Shown in pieces: positions 1 to 11,745 of a stretch of 64,000 bases of DNA. The notes beneath the pieces are model-generated. The model ran no database searches. It was not told the DNA's origin and saw nothing but the letters and a program-made list of their open reading frames with translations. Numbering within the stretch: the stretch's first letter is position 1; each line of letters opens with the position of its first letter. The stretch is from Dendrobates tinctorius (Eukaryota). The DNA lies in the NCBI RefSeq assembly GCF_039654945.1, contig NW_027361674.1, positions 3,162,001 to 3,226,000 of the forward strand, read 5' to 3'. Made by a program: the position numbers and the translations under genes.

Positions 1-328
1 GACATAAACCTCTGTGCTGAACCGCAAAGCATCCACAGAAAACAGCTGTTTCCCTGACAAGCTAGAACAGGAATTTCTCCTGCTGACCCAGATTACATGG
101 CTGCAAGTAAGAGTCCTGGTAGATACAGGAGTCAATATGGCAGCAAGGTGCCCACACAGTCTGTGGTAGGAGATGACCATGTTATGTGGCTCAAACGGCC
201 TCATAACGTCTAATATTACCTATACAAAATATACTTAAAGAGGCCTAAAAAAAACAATATTTCTGCAGGGTGTAGCTTGTCAACATTAGATGGCTATGTG
301 GCATAATTACAGGAGCTCAACACTTAAC

Positions 329-795
329 AGCATGATGGAGACCGTCACAAGGCAAAAGTGATCACCAAGTGGCTCAGTGAACAAAACATTAACATTTTAG
401 GTCCATGGCCAGGAAACTCCCCATATCTCAATCCCACTGAGAACCTGTGATCAATCCTCAAAAACTGGGATGACAAACAAACACACAGAAATTGGGATAA
501 AGTCCAAGCACTGATGAGACAAGAATGGGCGATCACCAGTCAGGATCCAGCCGAGAAGCAGATATCCAGCTGCCAGGGGGCGAAGGGCAGAAGTCCGGAG
601 AAATAAGGTTCAACGCTGAAAATATTGTTGTTACATAAACTTGATGTATTTGTCAACAAAAATTTAAAAACTTATGAAATGCTGATTGTACTTCAGTAAC
701 CATAGAAACATTCGAATAAAAGGTCTATAAACACTGAAGGAGCAAACTTTGTAAAGACCAAAAGTTGTGTCTCAGTCTCAAAAATGTTGGCCCTC
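329..795 (+). mobile_element. Decayed Tc1/mariner fragment (3' half of the transposase)
   Basis: Translates to WPGNSPYLNPTENL*, a degenerate form of the Tc1 [15 protein letters not shown] motif; contains stops and frameshifts; boundaries approximate. Confidence 0.75.
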
Positions 796-1856
796 AACTC
801 TATATCAGTCTCAAGTTTAAGATATATTTTATAAGGTATGCAGTTTATATAGTAAAAATCTGCTGACAAATCCACTTTACTTGTATCAGAGAAAGATAAT
901 TTAAAAAGTTTTCTTCCCCAGAATTCTCATACTGATGACTGATCCCTAGGCACGCTGTTGGGTGACCGACACCATGCACCCACACAGATCAGCGGTTTTC
1001 AGCTACAAGGGGAATAAAAGCTCAACTCTGTACATTATGCAGTGGCCTTTGTATTGCAGCTAAGCTCCTATTCCCTTCAATAGGAGCAGAATCTCTGTAC
1101 CAGAGAATGGCCATACATTGTGAACGGATCTAATATTAATGACAGATCCTAAGTGTATCGATGGACTGGACATCAGAATCCCAGGCTCCTTGTGTAGTGT
1201 TTTTGCTATAATTATCAAGTAAAAACTTGCCTTCAAGAGTGGAAAACCGCTACTCTGAGTCATCAGGTTGGTATACTGGCAGAGTCATGGTTTGAAGAAA
1301 CGCCCCTTCAATGTTATCGCTCTAACCAAGTGAAGTCTGAAATTCAGTGCAGAGACTTGCACGATCCGAGCTCAGAATGCCTATGTCTTAGACCAGAAGT
1401 ATCTGTGCTGGATTTCACAGATGTCTGGGCTGACGTCACCTGGCTGGAGTGAACGATCAAAGTGAAAGGAATTGGTGACTCGGCCTGTACACTATACCGC
1501 CCCGATGACTCTGGGTCAGGGTTTTATACTCACAAAGGCATGTTTTTGCTTGATAAGTATAAGAAAACAACTACACACTTAGTTCAGCTACAATCATCAT
1601 TATAATTCTCATGCAATTGCCTGCAGGAGCCTGGGATTAGCTTAGCAGGTAATTTTCGGATGTCAGGTTCCCTTTAGTGTGGAGTTTAGGAGCTCGTTGG
1701 TTGGATTAATCCAGCATAGTTTTTTTTTTTTTTAAGCAGACAAAGTCAGAGCTTCTATAGACATCAATAGAAAATGTGCCAAAAAATTAGGGCCCAGCTA
1801 CAAACTCAGGGCACACATACTACCTATCTCCTCTACAACTACGATGATTGCAAATA

Positions 1857-3348
1857 CAGTGGCTTGCGAAATTATTCACCCCCTTGGCTATTTACATTAC
1901 AATCTGTGTTTCAATTTTTGTAATCTGATTTGTGTGGGATGGATGCATCAGCACTAAATAGTTTTAAGTTGGTGAAGTGAGAAAAATATAGGCAAAAATT
2001 ATATTTACAGGATAAAAATTAAAAATCGGCGTGTCCCAAATCATCCCTTTTGCTATGAACCCCCTAAAAATTTCTGGTGCAAGGAATTACCTTCATAAGT
2101 CACATGCTTAGTGACAGGATGTCCTCATGTGTGCAATCTAAGTGTCACACGTCTGTTAGTACATACACTTTACGCTCCACTAATCAAACAACATGAAGAC
2201 CAAGGAGATCTCCAAACAAGTCAGGGACAAAAGTTGAAGAGAAGAACAAGTCAGAGTTGGGTTTTAAAAAATATCCCAATCTATGATGATCCTCCGAAGC
2301 ACCATCAAATCCAATATCATAAATGGAAAGAACATGGCATGACAACAAACCTGCTAAGAGAGGGTCGCCCACCACAACTCTCAGCCCAGGCAAGGAGGTC
2401 ATTAATCAGAAAGGCACAGAGACCAAAGGTACCCCTGAAGGAGCTGCAAGGTTCCCAAGCAGAGACTGGAGTATCTTTCCATACGACAACAATAAGCCAT
2501 ACACTCCATAGAGTTGACCTTAATGAAAGAGTAGGTAGAAAAAAGTCTTTGTTTACACACAAAAATTGTAAGGCTCATTTTCAGTTTGCGAATAGACATG
2601 TGAGAGACTAACCAAATGTATGGAGGAAAGTGCTGTGGTCAAATGAAACAAAAATTGAACTTTTTGGCCAACAAGGTAAACGCCAAACCAACACAAATCA
2701 TCAGCATAAGAACACCATCCCCACAGTGAAACATAGTGGTGGCAGCATCATGTTGTGGGGATGTTTTTCGGCAACAGAGACATAGAAAGTGGCCTGTCGA
2801 GGGGGAAGATGGATGGTGCAAAAATACAGGGATATTCTTGAGCAAAATCTGTTTCAGTCTGTCAACGATTTGAGAATGGGATGGAGGTTCACCTTCCAAC
2901 AAGACAATTCCCCAAAACATACTGCCAAACCAACACTTGAGTGGTTTAAGGGGAAACGTGTACATGCTTTGGAGAGGCCTAATCAAAGTTGAGACTATGT
3001 GGTCAGACTTAAAGGAGCCTGAGCAGTTTTTCCTTGAGAAATGGGCAAAAATCCCAGTGGCAAGATATGGAAAGATCAGAGATTGATCTAAAGCAGCTTG
3101 CAGCTGTAATTGCAACAAAAGAAAGTACTGACACTTTGGGGGGGGGGGATAGTTATGCACACTGAAGCTTTCAGTTATGGTGTCCCATTTGTTGTTTGCT
3201 TCACAATAAAAAGAAAACCAAATGTTCACAGTTGTAGGCATGTTCCTTACATGAACGGATGCAAAAAAAAAAAGTGAAATTCCATGTTGTAATGTAGCAA
3301 AGCACAAAAAAATGATAAGGGGGGGGTGAATACTTTCACAATCCATTA
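1857..3348 (+). mobile_element. Degenerate near-full-length Tc1 element (Passport/Eagle-like)
   Basis: TA|CAGTGGCTTGCGAAATTATTCACCCCC at the left and GGGGGTGAATACTTTCACAATCCATTA|TA at the right form imperfect TIRs. Transposase starts MKTKEISKQVRDK at 2193; [16 protein letters not shown] and FQQDNSPKH motifs are present; several frameshifts. Confidence 0.85.
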
Positions 3349-4063
3349 TATGTCTGACCCTGCCTTCTCAAAGGAAAAGATGTCTATTGATGGCTTAGCA
3401 CTCTCCTGTCCTGACTGACCACACGCACCACGCACACTGGGTCTCCACTTATCTGTATGATTGATCGGCTGACAGCTTTCTCCCACTACTGTTCCATATG
3501 CAGAAATACTTTTCTGAGTACTTCCATGTGCTCTATGAGAGAGCCACCACATCGGCAGCATACCTTACAGTGATTTGAAATGGCCCATAGACAGATTAGA
3601 TGATCGACTGACTGCCGAAACTGGTTGGTTCTGACAATTATGTTTCTCAATGTTTTTTAGTCAAATACCACTACTTAAATGAGGTCTAAAGCTGTGATCA
3701 TTCATTGTGCCATGCTGACAACACCTTAGGCTGGTTTCACATTAGCGTTTCTTAGCGCAGCGCATCGCGTGCGTCCATGCGCCCTTATATTTAACATGGC
3801 CGGCGCATGGTCTAGCATTTGCACGCGTTCGTATGCGTTTTCGTGCGCATGCATTTTTTTTGTAGTGTGCGCCTAGGCGTGCCCGATGCAACCTGTTACA
3901 TTTTTGGGTCCGTCCAGCGGCGTAAACAAAAAAACAAAACGCATGTGCACGCTTGCGCACGGAATGCAGAAAAATAACACATTACAGTCTATGGGAACAC
4001 AGGCGAGTGCATGGACATGCGCACGCCTGCGTTTGAAATCACATGCGTTTTTACTGTTAACTT

Positions 4064-6365
4064 GAATCATAGAATCATAGAATCGTAGAGTTGGAAGGGA
4101 CCTCCTGGGCCATCTGGTCCAACCCCCTGCTCAAAGCAGGATTCGCTAAATCATCCCAGTCAGATGTCTGTCCAGCCTCTGTTTGAAGACTTCCATTGAA
4201 GGAGAACTCACCACTTCTCGTGGCAGCCTGTTCCACTCATTGATCACTCTAACTGTCAAAAAGTTTTTTCTAATATCTAATCTGTGTCTCCTCCCATTCA
4301 GTTTCATCCCATTGCTTCTAGTCTTTCCTTGTGCAAATGAGAATAAAGTTGATCCTTCTACAATGTGACAGCCCTTTAGATATTTGTAGACAGCTATTAA
4401 GTCTCCTCTCAGTCTTCTCTTTTGCAAACTAAACATTCCCAAATCCTGCAACCTTTCCTCATAAGACAGGGTTTGCAGACCGGTCACCATTCTGGTCGCT
4501 CTTTTCTGAACTTGCTCCAGTTTGTTGATGTCTTTTTTAAAATGTGGTGCCCAAAACTGGACACAATATTCCAGATGAGGTCTGACCAAAGAGGAGTAGA
4601 GGGAAATAATGACTTCACGTGATCTAGACTGTATGCTTCTGTTAATACATCCTAGAATTGCATTTGCCTTTTTTGCTGCTGCATCACACTGTTGACTCAT
4701 ATTCAGTCTGTGATCTATTAGTATACCCAAGTCTTTTTCACATGTGCTGTCACTTAGCCCTATTCCTCCCATTCTATATATGCTTTTTCCATTTTTATTG
4801 CCCAGATGTAGTACTTTGCATTTCTCCCTGTTAAAAACCATTCTGTTAGTTGCTGCCCACTTCTCCAGTTTATTTAAATCTTTTTGAATCCTCTCTCTCT
4901 CTTCTCTAGTATTAGCTATCCCTCCTAGCTTTGTGTCATCAGCAAATTTAATCAGTTTACCCTCAATTCCTTCATCTAAATCGTTGATAAAGATGTTGAA
5001 CAATACAGGGCCCAGGACAGAGCCCTGTGGTACCCCACTTGAGACATTCTTCCAACTGGATGTGCAGCCATTTACGACCACTCTTTGGGTCCGATCACTA
5101 AGCCAGTTATGAATCCACCTAACAGTTGCCTTGTCCATTCCATACTTAATCATTTTTTCAATAAGGATTGTATGAGAGACTTTGTCAAATGCTTTGCTGA
5201 AGTCAAGATATACTATATCTACAGCATTTCCTTGATCCACCCAATCAGTGATACCGTCATAGAAGGAAATTAAGTTAGTCTGACATGACTTATTAGTTAC
5301 AAACCCATGCTGACTCTGTTTAATCACTTCATTCTTATCCAGGTATTGACATACATGTTGTTTAATAATTTGTTCAAAGATCTTTCCTGGTATAGAAGTC
5401 AGACTCACCGGCCTATAGTTACCTGGGTCCACCTTCTTCCCCTTTTTGAAGATAGGAACAACATTTGCTCTTCTCCAGTCTTCTGGCACTTCTCCTGTTC
5501 TCCAAGAATTTTCAAAGATTATAGAGAGGGGTTCAAAAATTTCTTCTGCTATCTCCTTCAGTACTCTGGGGTGTAATTCATCTGGACCTGGAGACTTGAA
5601 TTCATTTAGGCTAGCTAAGTGTTTCCTCACTATCTTTCTGTTTATAGATATCCTGGATTCTTCTATTCCCTTAATAGGACAGTGAATAACAGTTGATGTT
5701 ACATTTCCTTTCTGAGAGAAAACAGATGCAAAATAGGAATTTAAAAGTTCAGCCTTCTCAACATCCTGTCTTACCATTTCATCATTTTCATCCTGTAAAA
5801 ATCCTATAGCATCTTTGACTTTTCTTTTACTTTTGACATATCCCCAAAATCCTTTATTATTGCTTTTGACATCTCTTGCAAGCCTCAATTCATTTTCAGC
5901 TTTAGCTAATCTGATTTGTGCCCTGCAGGTTCTGCAGACAGCATTATATTCTTCTTTAGATATGCCTCCCTCTTTCCATTTTATAAACATTTTTTTCTTC
6001 CTTTTTAGCATGTGCTTAAGTTCTGTGTTCATCCATCCTGGTTTCCTTAACTGCTTCCTATTCTTCCCTCTTTTCGGAATTGTTAACAACTGTGCTTTGA
6101 GAATTTCATTTTTCAAGATTTCCCATCCTTCCTGGACATTTTTGTCTTTAAGGATATCCAGCCATTGGATCTCTCCAATTCTCTTTCTGAATCCCTTAAA
6201 ATCTGCCTTTCTGAAATCTAACCTTGACGTCTGAGTCTTCACAGGTCTTCCGCCTCTAGTTATCCAAAATTCTAAAATAGCATGGTCGCTACCTCCTAGG
6301 GTCCCAGCCACTTTTACCTCCTCAACCATTTCCTCCCTGTTTATAAGGATTAGATCCAAGGTAGC
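4064..6365 (-). mobile_element. 5'-truncated CR1 LINE
   Basis: (ATTCTATG)n 3' tail on the minus strand at 4064-4090, a CR1-type 3' UTR, and an uninterrupted ORF2 running from the end of the APE endonuclease (LDLIL, SDH) through the RT. Confidence 0.95.
4146..6365 (-). CDS. CR1 ORF2 reverse transcriptase, N-terminally truncated
   Basis: Motifs KSPGPD, NYRPVSL, LDFSKAFD, GVPQGSVLGP and FADD in one stop-free frame. The first ~25 codons of track ORF 4146..6440 come from the flanking MITE. Confidence 0.85.
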   Translation of the reverse strand, partial: ATLDLILINREEMVEEVKVAGTLGGSDHAILEFWITRGGRPVKTQTSRLDFRKADFKGFRKRIGEIQWLDILKDKNVQEGWEILKNEILKAQLLTIPKRGKNRKQLRKPGWMNTELKHMLKRKKKMFIKWKEGGISKEEYNAVCRTCRAQIRLAKAENELRLARDVKSNNKGFWGYVKSKRKVKDAIGFLQDENDEMVRQDVEKAELLNSYFASVFSQKGNVTSTVIHCPIKGIEESRISINRKIVRKHLASLNEFKSPGPDELHPRVLKEIAEEIFEPLSIIFENSWRTGEVPEDWRRANVVPIFKKGKKVDPGNYRPVSLTSIPGKIFEQIIKQHVCQYLDKNEVIKQSQHGFVTNKSCQTNLISFYDGITDWVDQGNAVDIVYLDFSKAFDKVSHTILIEKMIKYGMDKATVRWIHNWLSDRTQRVVVNGCTSSWKNVSSGVPQGSVLGPVLFNIFINDLDEGIEGKLIKFADDTKLGGIANTREERERIQKDLNKLEKWAATNRMVFNREKCKVLHLGNKNGKSIYRMGGIGLSDSTCEKDLGILIDHRLNMSQQCDAAAKKANAILGCINRSIQSRSREVIISLYSSLVRPHLEYCVQFWAPHFKKDINKLEQVQKRATRMVTGLQTLSYEERLQDLGMFSLQKRRLRGDLIAVYKYLKGCHIVEGSTLFSFAQGKTRSNGMKLNGRRHRLDIRKNFLTVRVINEWNRLPREVVSSPSMEVFKQRLDRHLTGMI

Positions 6366-6489
6366 TAGAAACTGGTTAAAACGCATACGCTTAAAAAACG
6401 CAAGCAAAACGCATGAAGCTTTTTTTGTATGCGTTTCCATTGCGCATGAAGCGCAGCGCTAAAAAACGCTAATGTGAAACTAGCCTTAA

Positions 6490-6892
6490 GGGGGTTTTAC
6501 ACTAAGCGATATCGCTAGCAATATCGCTAAAACGTCACTGGTTTTGTGACGTTATAGCGATATTGCTAGCGATATCGCTATGTGTGATACTTACCAGCGA
6601 CCGGCTCCCCCGCTGTCCATCGCTGATCGCGCGAGAATGTCCGGCTCCATTTCTCGTCGTCTGCTTCCTGCTGGGACTTCCTGCTGTGACGTCCAGCGAC
6701 GCGTGGAGGCGGGCGGGAGGACGCAGGATCGCTGTGTGTGAATGGTAAGTATCGTGCGCTGCGTCGCTGCTGAATCGCTGTGAGGTCTTTCTGTATGAAA
6801 GCTCACTAGCGATCATTTAGCGATGCACCAGCGATCCTGACCGGGTGGGATCGCTGGTCGGATCGCTGGTGCATCGCTAAATGTAAAAGGGC
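6490..6892. mobile_element. Harbinger-like MITE with subterminal ATCGCT repeats
   Basis: Imperfect TIRs GGGGGTTTTACACTAAGCGAT ... ATCGCTAAATGTAAAAGGGCC; many AGCGAT/ATCGCT motifs. Confidence 0.6.
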
Positions 6893-7692
6893 CTTTAGAA
6901 ATATGCTGTGTATCTCTACGGGGTATGGTAAAATGCTCCTAAGATTAGATGGGAAAAAAGTATGCCCAATGTCTCATTAAAGCACATTGGATGATAGATA
7001 AGTCCACCAGCATACATGGTACCCAATAAAAATGTTCTCCGTTTTTTCCATATTTACACCATGTTCCCATACTGCCTGGACTCATTACATGTAAATTTTG
7101 GTCCAGCTCCATCAATGGCTGATCATCATCCAGGCTTGACCTACTCCAAGTAGGTGCATAAAATTCAGTTGTCAGCCACTTAAGGGAACATATTGAAGAG
7201 GGGACAATAGTTTTCCCAACTTAGGTTGGTTTCACACATTTGTGTATGGACTGTAACCAACCAATGTTGAGTTTGGGTTAGCAAATCTCTTGACCCAAAC
7301 TCAATAACCACAAAAGCATGCATGAACCTTTCACGTTTGATCAGGCAACCAGCGGCTAGTCTGAAAATTGTAGTGCTGGTATGGACCGTGAAACCAGAAT
7401 GTTTTTATACTAACTAGAAGAGTCCACCATCAAGCAGCTAAACCATGGGAATCACAGCCTGAGAACTTGCACAGTCCACAGTAGTTTTAGCCTCATAAGC
7501 ACTTACACATTTGCTGCATAAACTTTGCTTTCTATGATGTTGCTGGCCGACTCTAAACCATAAATGAAAAAGCCATATTGATGCCTCCTCTCAGACACCG
7601 TATTAAGGGCTTGGATAACGATCAGCTCTGTGCACAAATAACATGATATTACTAGCGCTGGAATGTGCCAAATTATGTTAACATGCTTTCAA

Positions 7693-7727
<35 letters not shown>

Positions 7728-7992
7728 ATGTAGATATTTGCTTCCCATCCTACCCGTGAGCGCTGTGTGTTTGGACAGGACCTACCTCAGTGTAATTCCT
7801 CTGGTGAGCATAGGAGAGCAATGATTTCCTAATTCCAGGTAAAAGAACTTGTCTTCTCAGATCAGGGTGGATCCTCCGTCAGGGCGGAGTATTTAGAGTA
7901 TTACTATTGATAGATGTACATGTGGTTAAGTTATTATTGGTGGAAGAGCCTGGAATTTCCCCGTCTTGTATTGTCACCTATTATACCACTAA

Positions 7993-8459
7993 GGGCGAGT
8001 ACACACTAGGTTTTTTTGTCAGCGGTTTTTTTTCCTGCAGCAAAACCTGATCTCTTGGTAGAAAAGTAGCTGCAGAAAAAAAAAAAAAACATGCTTTCCT
8101 TGTTTTTTTTTTTGCATTGTTTGCGGCAGTTTTGGCATGCTAGATTTGTCTCTTGTGAAGTCCTATTCTATAGAATCATGTTTTGGAACAAAAAACGCAG
8201 CAAAACCTGGTACCTGCGTTTTTGGTGGGGGGTTTTCAGCGCTTTTTCACCGCCCATTCATTTTAATGGGTGAAAAACGCTGAAAGAAGTGACATTCTCC
8301 AGTGTGCAAAAAACCATGCAAAGCACAAAATCCTGATGACAAAAAAAACAAGGTGTGTGCATGAGATTTCTGAAATCTCATAGACGTTGCTTGTACTGTA
8401 AAATGTAGATATAAATTTGCATTAAAAAAGCTGCAAAAATGCCTAGTGTGAACTTAGGC
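7993..8459. mobile_element. Harbinger-like MITE
   Basis: TAA|GGGCGAGTACACACTAGG ... CCTAGTGTGAACTTAGGC|TTA imperfect TIRs. Confidence 0.55.
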
Positions 8460-8460
8460 T

Positions 8461-9450
8461 TAAATGTTATCAGCCTGTTGCACTGATGAGGTGTTATGGA
8501 AGCCCAGGTTGCTTTGATGGCAGCCTTCAGCTCGTCTGCATTGTTGGGTCTGGTGTCTCTCATCTTCCTCTTGACAATACCCCATAGATTCTCTATGGAG
8601 TTAAGGTCAGGCGAGTTTTCTGGCCATTCAAGCACAGTGATACTGTTGTTTTTAAATCAGGTATTGGTACCAACTTTTGGTAGTGTGGACAGGTGCCAAG
8701 TCCTGCTGGAGAATGACGTTTCCATCTCCAAAAATCTTGTCAGCAGAGGAAAGCATGAAGTGCTATAAAGTTTCCTGGTAGGTGGCTGCGCTGACTTTGG
8801 TCTTGATAAAACACAGTGGACCTACACCAGCAGATGACATGGCTCCCCAAACCATCACTGATTGTGGAAACTTCACACTAGACCTCAAGCAGCTTGGATT
8901 GCCTCACCACTCTTCCTCCAGACTCTGGGACACTGATTTCCAAATGAAATGCAAAATTTACTTTCACCTGAAAGCAACACCTTGAACCACTGAGCAACAG
9001 TCCAGTTCTTTTGCTCCTTGGCCCAGGTAAGACACTTCTGGCATTCTCTATTGGTCATGAGTGGCTTGACACAAGGAATGTGACACTTGCAGCCCATGTC
9101 CTGGATATGTCTGTGTGTGGTGGCTCTTGAAGCAATGACTCCAGCAGCAGTCCACTCCTTGTGAATCTCCCCCAAATTTTTGAATGGCCTTTTCTTAACA
9201 ATCCTTTCAAGGCTGCAGTTATCCCGGTTGATTGTGCACCTTTTTCTACCACACTTTTTCCTTCCACTCAACCTTCCATTAATATGCTTGGATACAGCAC
9301 TCTATGAGCAGCAAGCTCAGTGTGTCAATGACTGCCTTCTGCACATCTGTCAAGTCAGCAGCCTTCCCCATGATTGTGGAGCCTACTGATACAGACTAAG
9401 GGACGTTATTAAACGCTTGATACCTTTGAAGGTGTTTTTTGTTAGTTATT
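8461..9450 (-). mobile_element. Decayed Tc1 transposase remnant
   Basis: Minus-strand ORF pieces with WPENSPDLNSIENLW, GRKKCGRKRCT and WFKVLLSGESKF; frameshifted. Confidence 0.85.
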
Positions 9451-9506
9451 AAGGATGATCAAATAGCTTTGGATAAGAGCTTATCTGAATAGCTATAGCC
9501 CTTCCT

Positions 9507-9729
9507 AATAGCTGCATCAGTAACCTGGAGCGCTCCCGATGATCAGCTGATTGGCTCCACAGCTGCATGTGTGGGGGCTGTTGTGTGACAGGCACAACCC
9601 ATGCATGGAGTATACTGTGTGTTGGGCTCTCCATGCATGGGTTGTGACGGTCACAGAGCCCGGACACATGCAGCTGTGGAGCCAATCAGCTGACATCGGG
9701 AGCGCTCCAGGTTACTGATGCAGCTATTG
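9507..9729. repeat. Imperfect palindrome of about 220 bp (probable MITE core)
   Basis: AATAGCTGCATCAGTAACCTGGAGCGCTCCCGATG... pairs with ...CATCGGGAGCGCTCCAGGTTACTGATGCAGCTATT. Confidence 0.8.
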
Positions 9730-9779
9730 GGAAGCGCTCTAACACACTCTGGCAGGTAATGAGAGCACGGCGGCACTAC

Positions 9780-9950
9780 CTGTCTCCCCAGCAGCGGGGG
9801 TTGGTCCCGGGTCTCCACACCTTTCCAAGCTGTACTCTCTTCCCCGCCCCTCTCCGGGCTCCTGTCAGTGACGGGTCACCATGGACCAGCCGTCTCGCTG
9901 GTTGTAAAAGCCGTCTCTCAGCACTCCCACGTTGCCATAGCGACAACGGA
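9780..9950 (-). other. BAG5: Possible non-coding first exon of BAG5
   Basis: Minus-strand donor-like GACAG|GTAGTG at 9780/9779 within the CpG island. Identity rests only on synteny; no BAG5 coding sequence is visible in the window, and the exon start is a guess. Confidence 0.3.
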
Positions 9951-10019
9951 AGTGATGTCTTGCCGTAAAGCTGCGTAGAAGACAACCGGCGTCGCCATCT
10001 TTGAAAGGGGGGCAGGATA

Positions 10020-10130
10020 ATGGCGGCGTCCTGTGTCCGGGTGCCCCTTCTTCGCCCCCACCCTGCACAGCTGCTGTTCTCCCGCACTCTGCGCTCCGGA
10101 GACGCTGACACACGAGCGATAACTGCCAAG
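10020..10130 (+). CDS. COA8: COA8/APOPT1 exon 1 (mitochondrial presequence-like)
   Basis: ATAATGG Kozak context; MAASCVRVPLLRPHPAQLLFSRTLRSGDADTRAITAK; donor AAG|GTGACG in phase 0, in frame with exon 2. Confidence 0.75.
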
Positions 10131-10847
10131 GTGACGTCATGAACCGCCTGCGTCATCCCTGCCCTGTACTAATGGCGCGCAGCTCCCAGAATGCCGTGCA
10201 GCCGCGAGCCTGACGCTGCAGTGTGCGCCAATTCCTGTCAGAGATGTTGCTCAATGGCTGCTCTACCTCTGCAGCTCAGTGCACAGCTCCGTCCACAAAG
10301 TGGACGACGAATCTCCATAATTAACGTGTTTGCATCAAATTGCCTTTTATTGACGCAGTTACGTGGGCACAGTGTGCTTTTATGGAATCACTGATAGACA
10401 TGGCAGCGAATTATATTACCCAGTGACCACTGTATAATATTATTGGCCACTATTGGAGGTTTTTTGTTTTTTTTTACTTTTCACCAGATCTCCAGTTCTC
10501 TCTGAGGTAGTGAGTTGGGACTAGCTGCTGTTATGGCCCCTATACTTCACTCACATACATGAAGGTCCCCTGTTTCTACTGAGCAGAGTAGCTGTGAATC
10601 CAGCACCGGTTTTAGATAAAACACTTTAGAAGCTGTAATCCGACTCCGTTGTGATACCATGGTCATAAGAAATGATGGGTAATATACCTGAGGACTGACG
10701 CCAATGGAGCAGGGGCTCACAGTGCCTTTGTGTCCACCCCAAAGCGCATTTCGGACACCAAACCTTCGTCACAGGGCATAAGCTGTGTTAGGAAGCTGGG
10801 GTTTAGAAGCAAGTGAGCATCGGATTCGGAAGTCACATTGCCATGGT

Positions 10848-11074
10848 GTCACGGGTGTGTCAGATGCAAAAGATAGTCGCTCTGCATCCAGTTGCAGAAG
10901 AACTCTGCGTTTGGCATTGCAGACGCCTTCTTAATCCTTCTGACTATTGGACCCAGCGACAACCTCCTTCCGACTCTAATTCACACATCTGGGACCTGGG
11001 TGTTTATAACCTCCCAGTCCGCTTCAGGGAGTCACTGGTGATAATCACATTTTTCCCTTGTGAGGCCTGGTAAC
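10848..11074 (-). mobile_element. Partial inverted copy of the adjacent solo LTR
   Basis: About 220 bp reverse-complementary to 11525-11745; begins TGTCAC and ends GTAACA. Confidence 0.55.
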
Positions 11075-11172
11075 AAGGTTCCCATGTGTTCCTGACATCA
11101 CCCGTCCCATGATGCAGATGCCAGCTCGCATCACGGCTGCCATGGCAACGGATGCGTCACTTCCTGTCCTCG

Positions 11173-11745
11173 TGTCACACAGTGTGGGAAGACTAAGTGC
11201 AGCACAAGGGGATGGAATCCCAAACACCTAGGGAAAAGGGGGAGTGGAGACCCCTAGGCAGATCTAATGGCACTCTGCCTCCCCTACCGTTCCCGTATTG
11301 GTTTCACACCAATCGCCGAGCAGGAACCTACGCTCTGTATTTCTCTAGAGCTAGGCCCTGAATAGGGAAGGGAGGGTGAACACTGGTCAGTCCCCACTGT
11401 ACACTAAAGCAAAGAAGGGAGACAAACAAAGGGGAAGCAACTTATCTTGAACAGACTCAGAAAGTTAACACCAAACGTCCTCTAACAGCACCAGAGAGAA
11501 AGTTAGCCAACTGCTAAAGCTCTAAGCCTTCACAAGGGAAAAATGTGACTATCACCTGTGACTCCCCGAAGCAGACTGGGAGTCTATAAACACCCAGGTC
11601 CATGTGTGGCAATTAGAGCCGGAGGGAAGTTGCCACTGGTTCAAAAAGTCAGAAGGATTAAGATGGTGTCTGCAATGCCAAACACAGAGACCTTCTGCAG
11701 CAAGATGCAGAGCGACTGTATGTAGCATCTGACACGCCCGTGACA
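11173..11745 (+). mobile_element. Probable solo LTR
   Basis: TGTCAC...GTGACA termini; no TSD recognised; orientation arbitrary. Confidence 0.5.

Larger units (their letters stand above)
3729..6485. mobile_element. PIF/Harbinger-like MITE split by a CR1 insertion
   Basis: TTA|GGCTGGTTTCACATTAGCG ... CGCTAATGTGAAACTAGCC|TTA gives TIRs with a 3-bp TTA TSD. An uninterrupted copy lies in reverse orientation at 54344-54804. Confidence 0.8.
9750..10300. promoter_or_regulatory. CpG-rich COA8 promoter, probably bidirectional with BAG5
   Basis: High GC and CpG content; ETS/GABP site CGGAAGTG near 9947; YY1 site CGCCATCTT at 9993-10001; CRE TGACGTCA at 10132-10139. The BAG5-COA8-KLC1 order is recalled from vertebrate synteny. 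Confidence 0.7.

Noticed and set aside
2639-3346. 235-aa minus-strand ORF
   Set aside because: Antisense to a decayed Tc1 transposase.
9776-10156. 126-aa minus-strand ORF as BAG5 coding sequence
   Set aside because: No BAG domain; an expected by-product of the GC-rich promoter.
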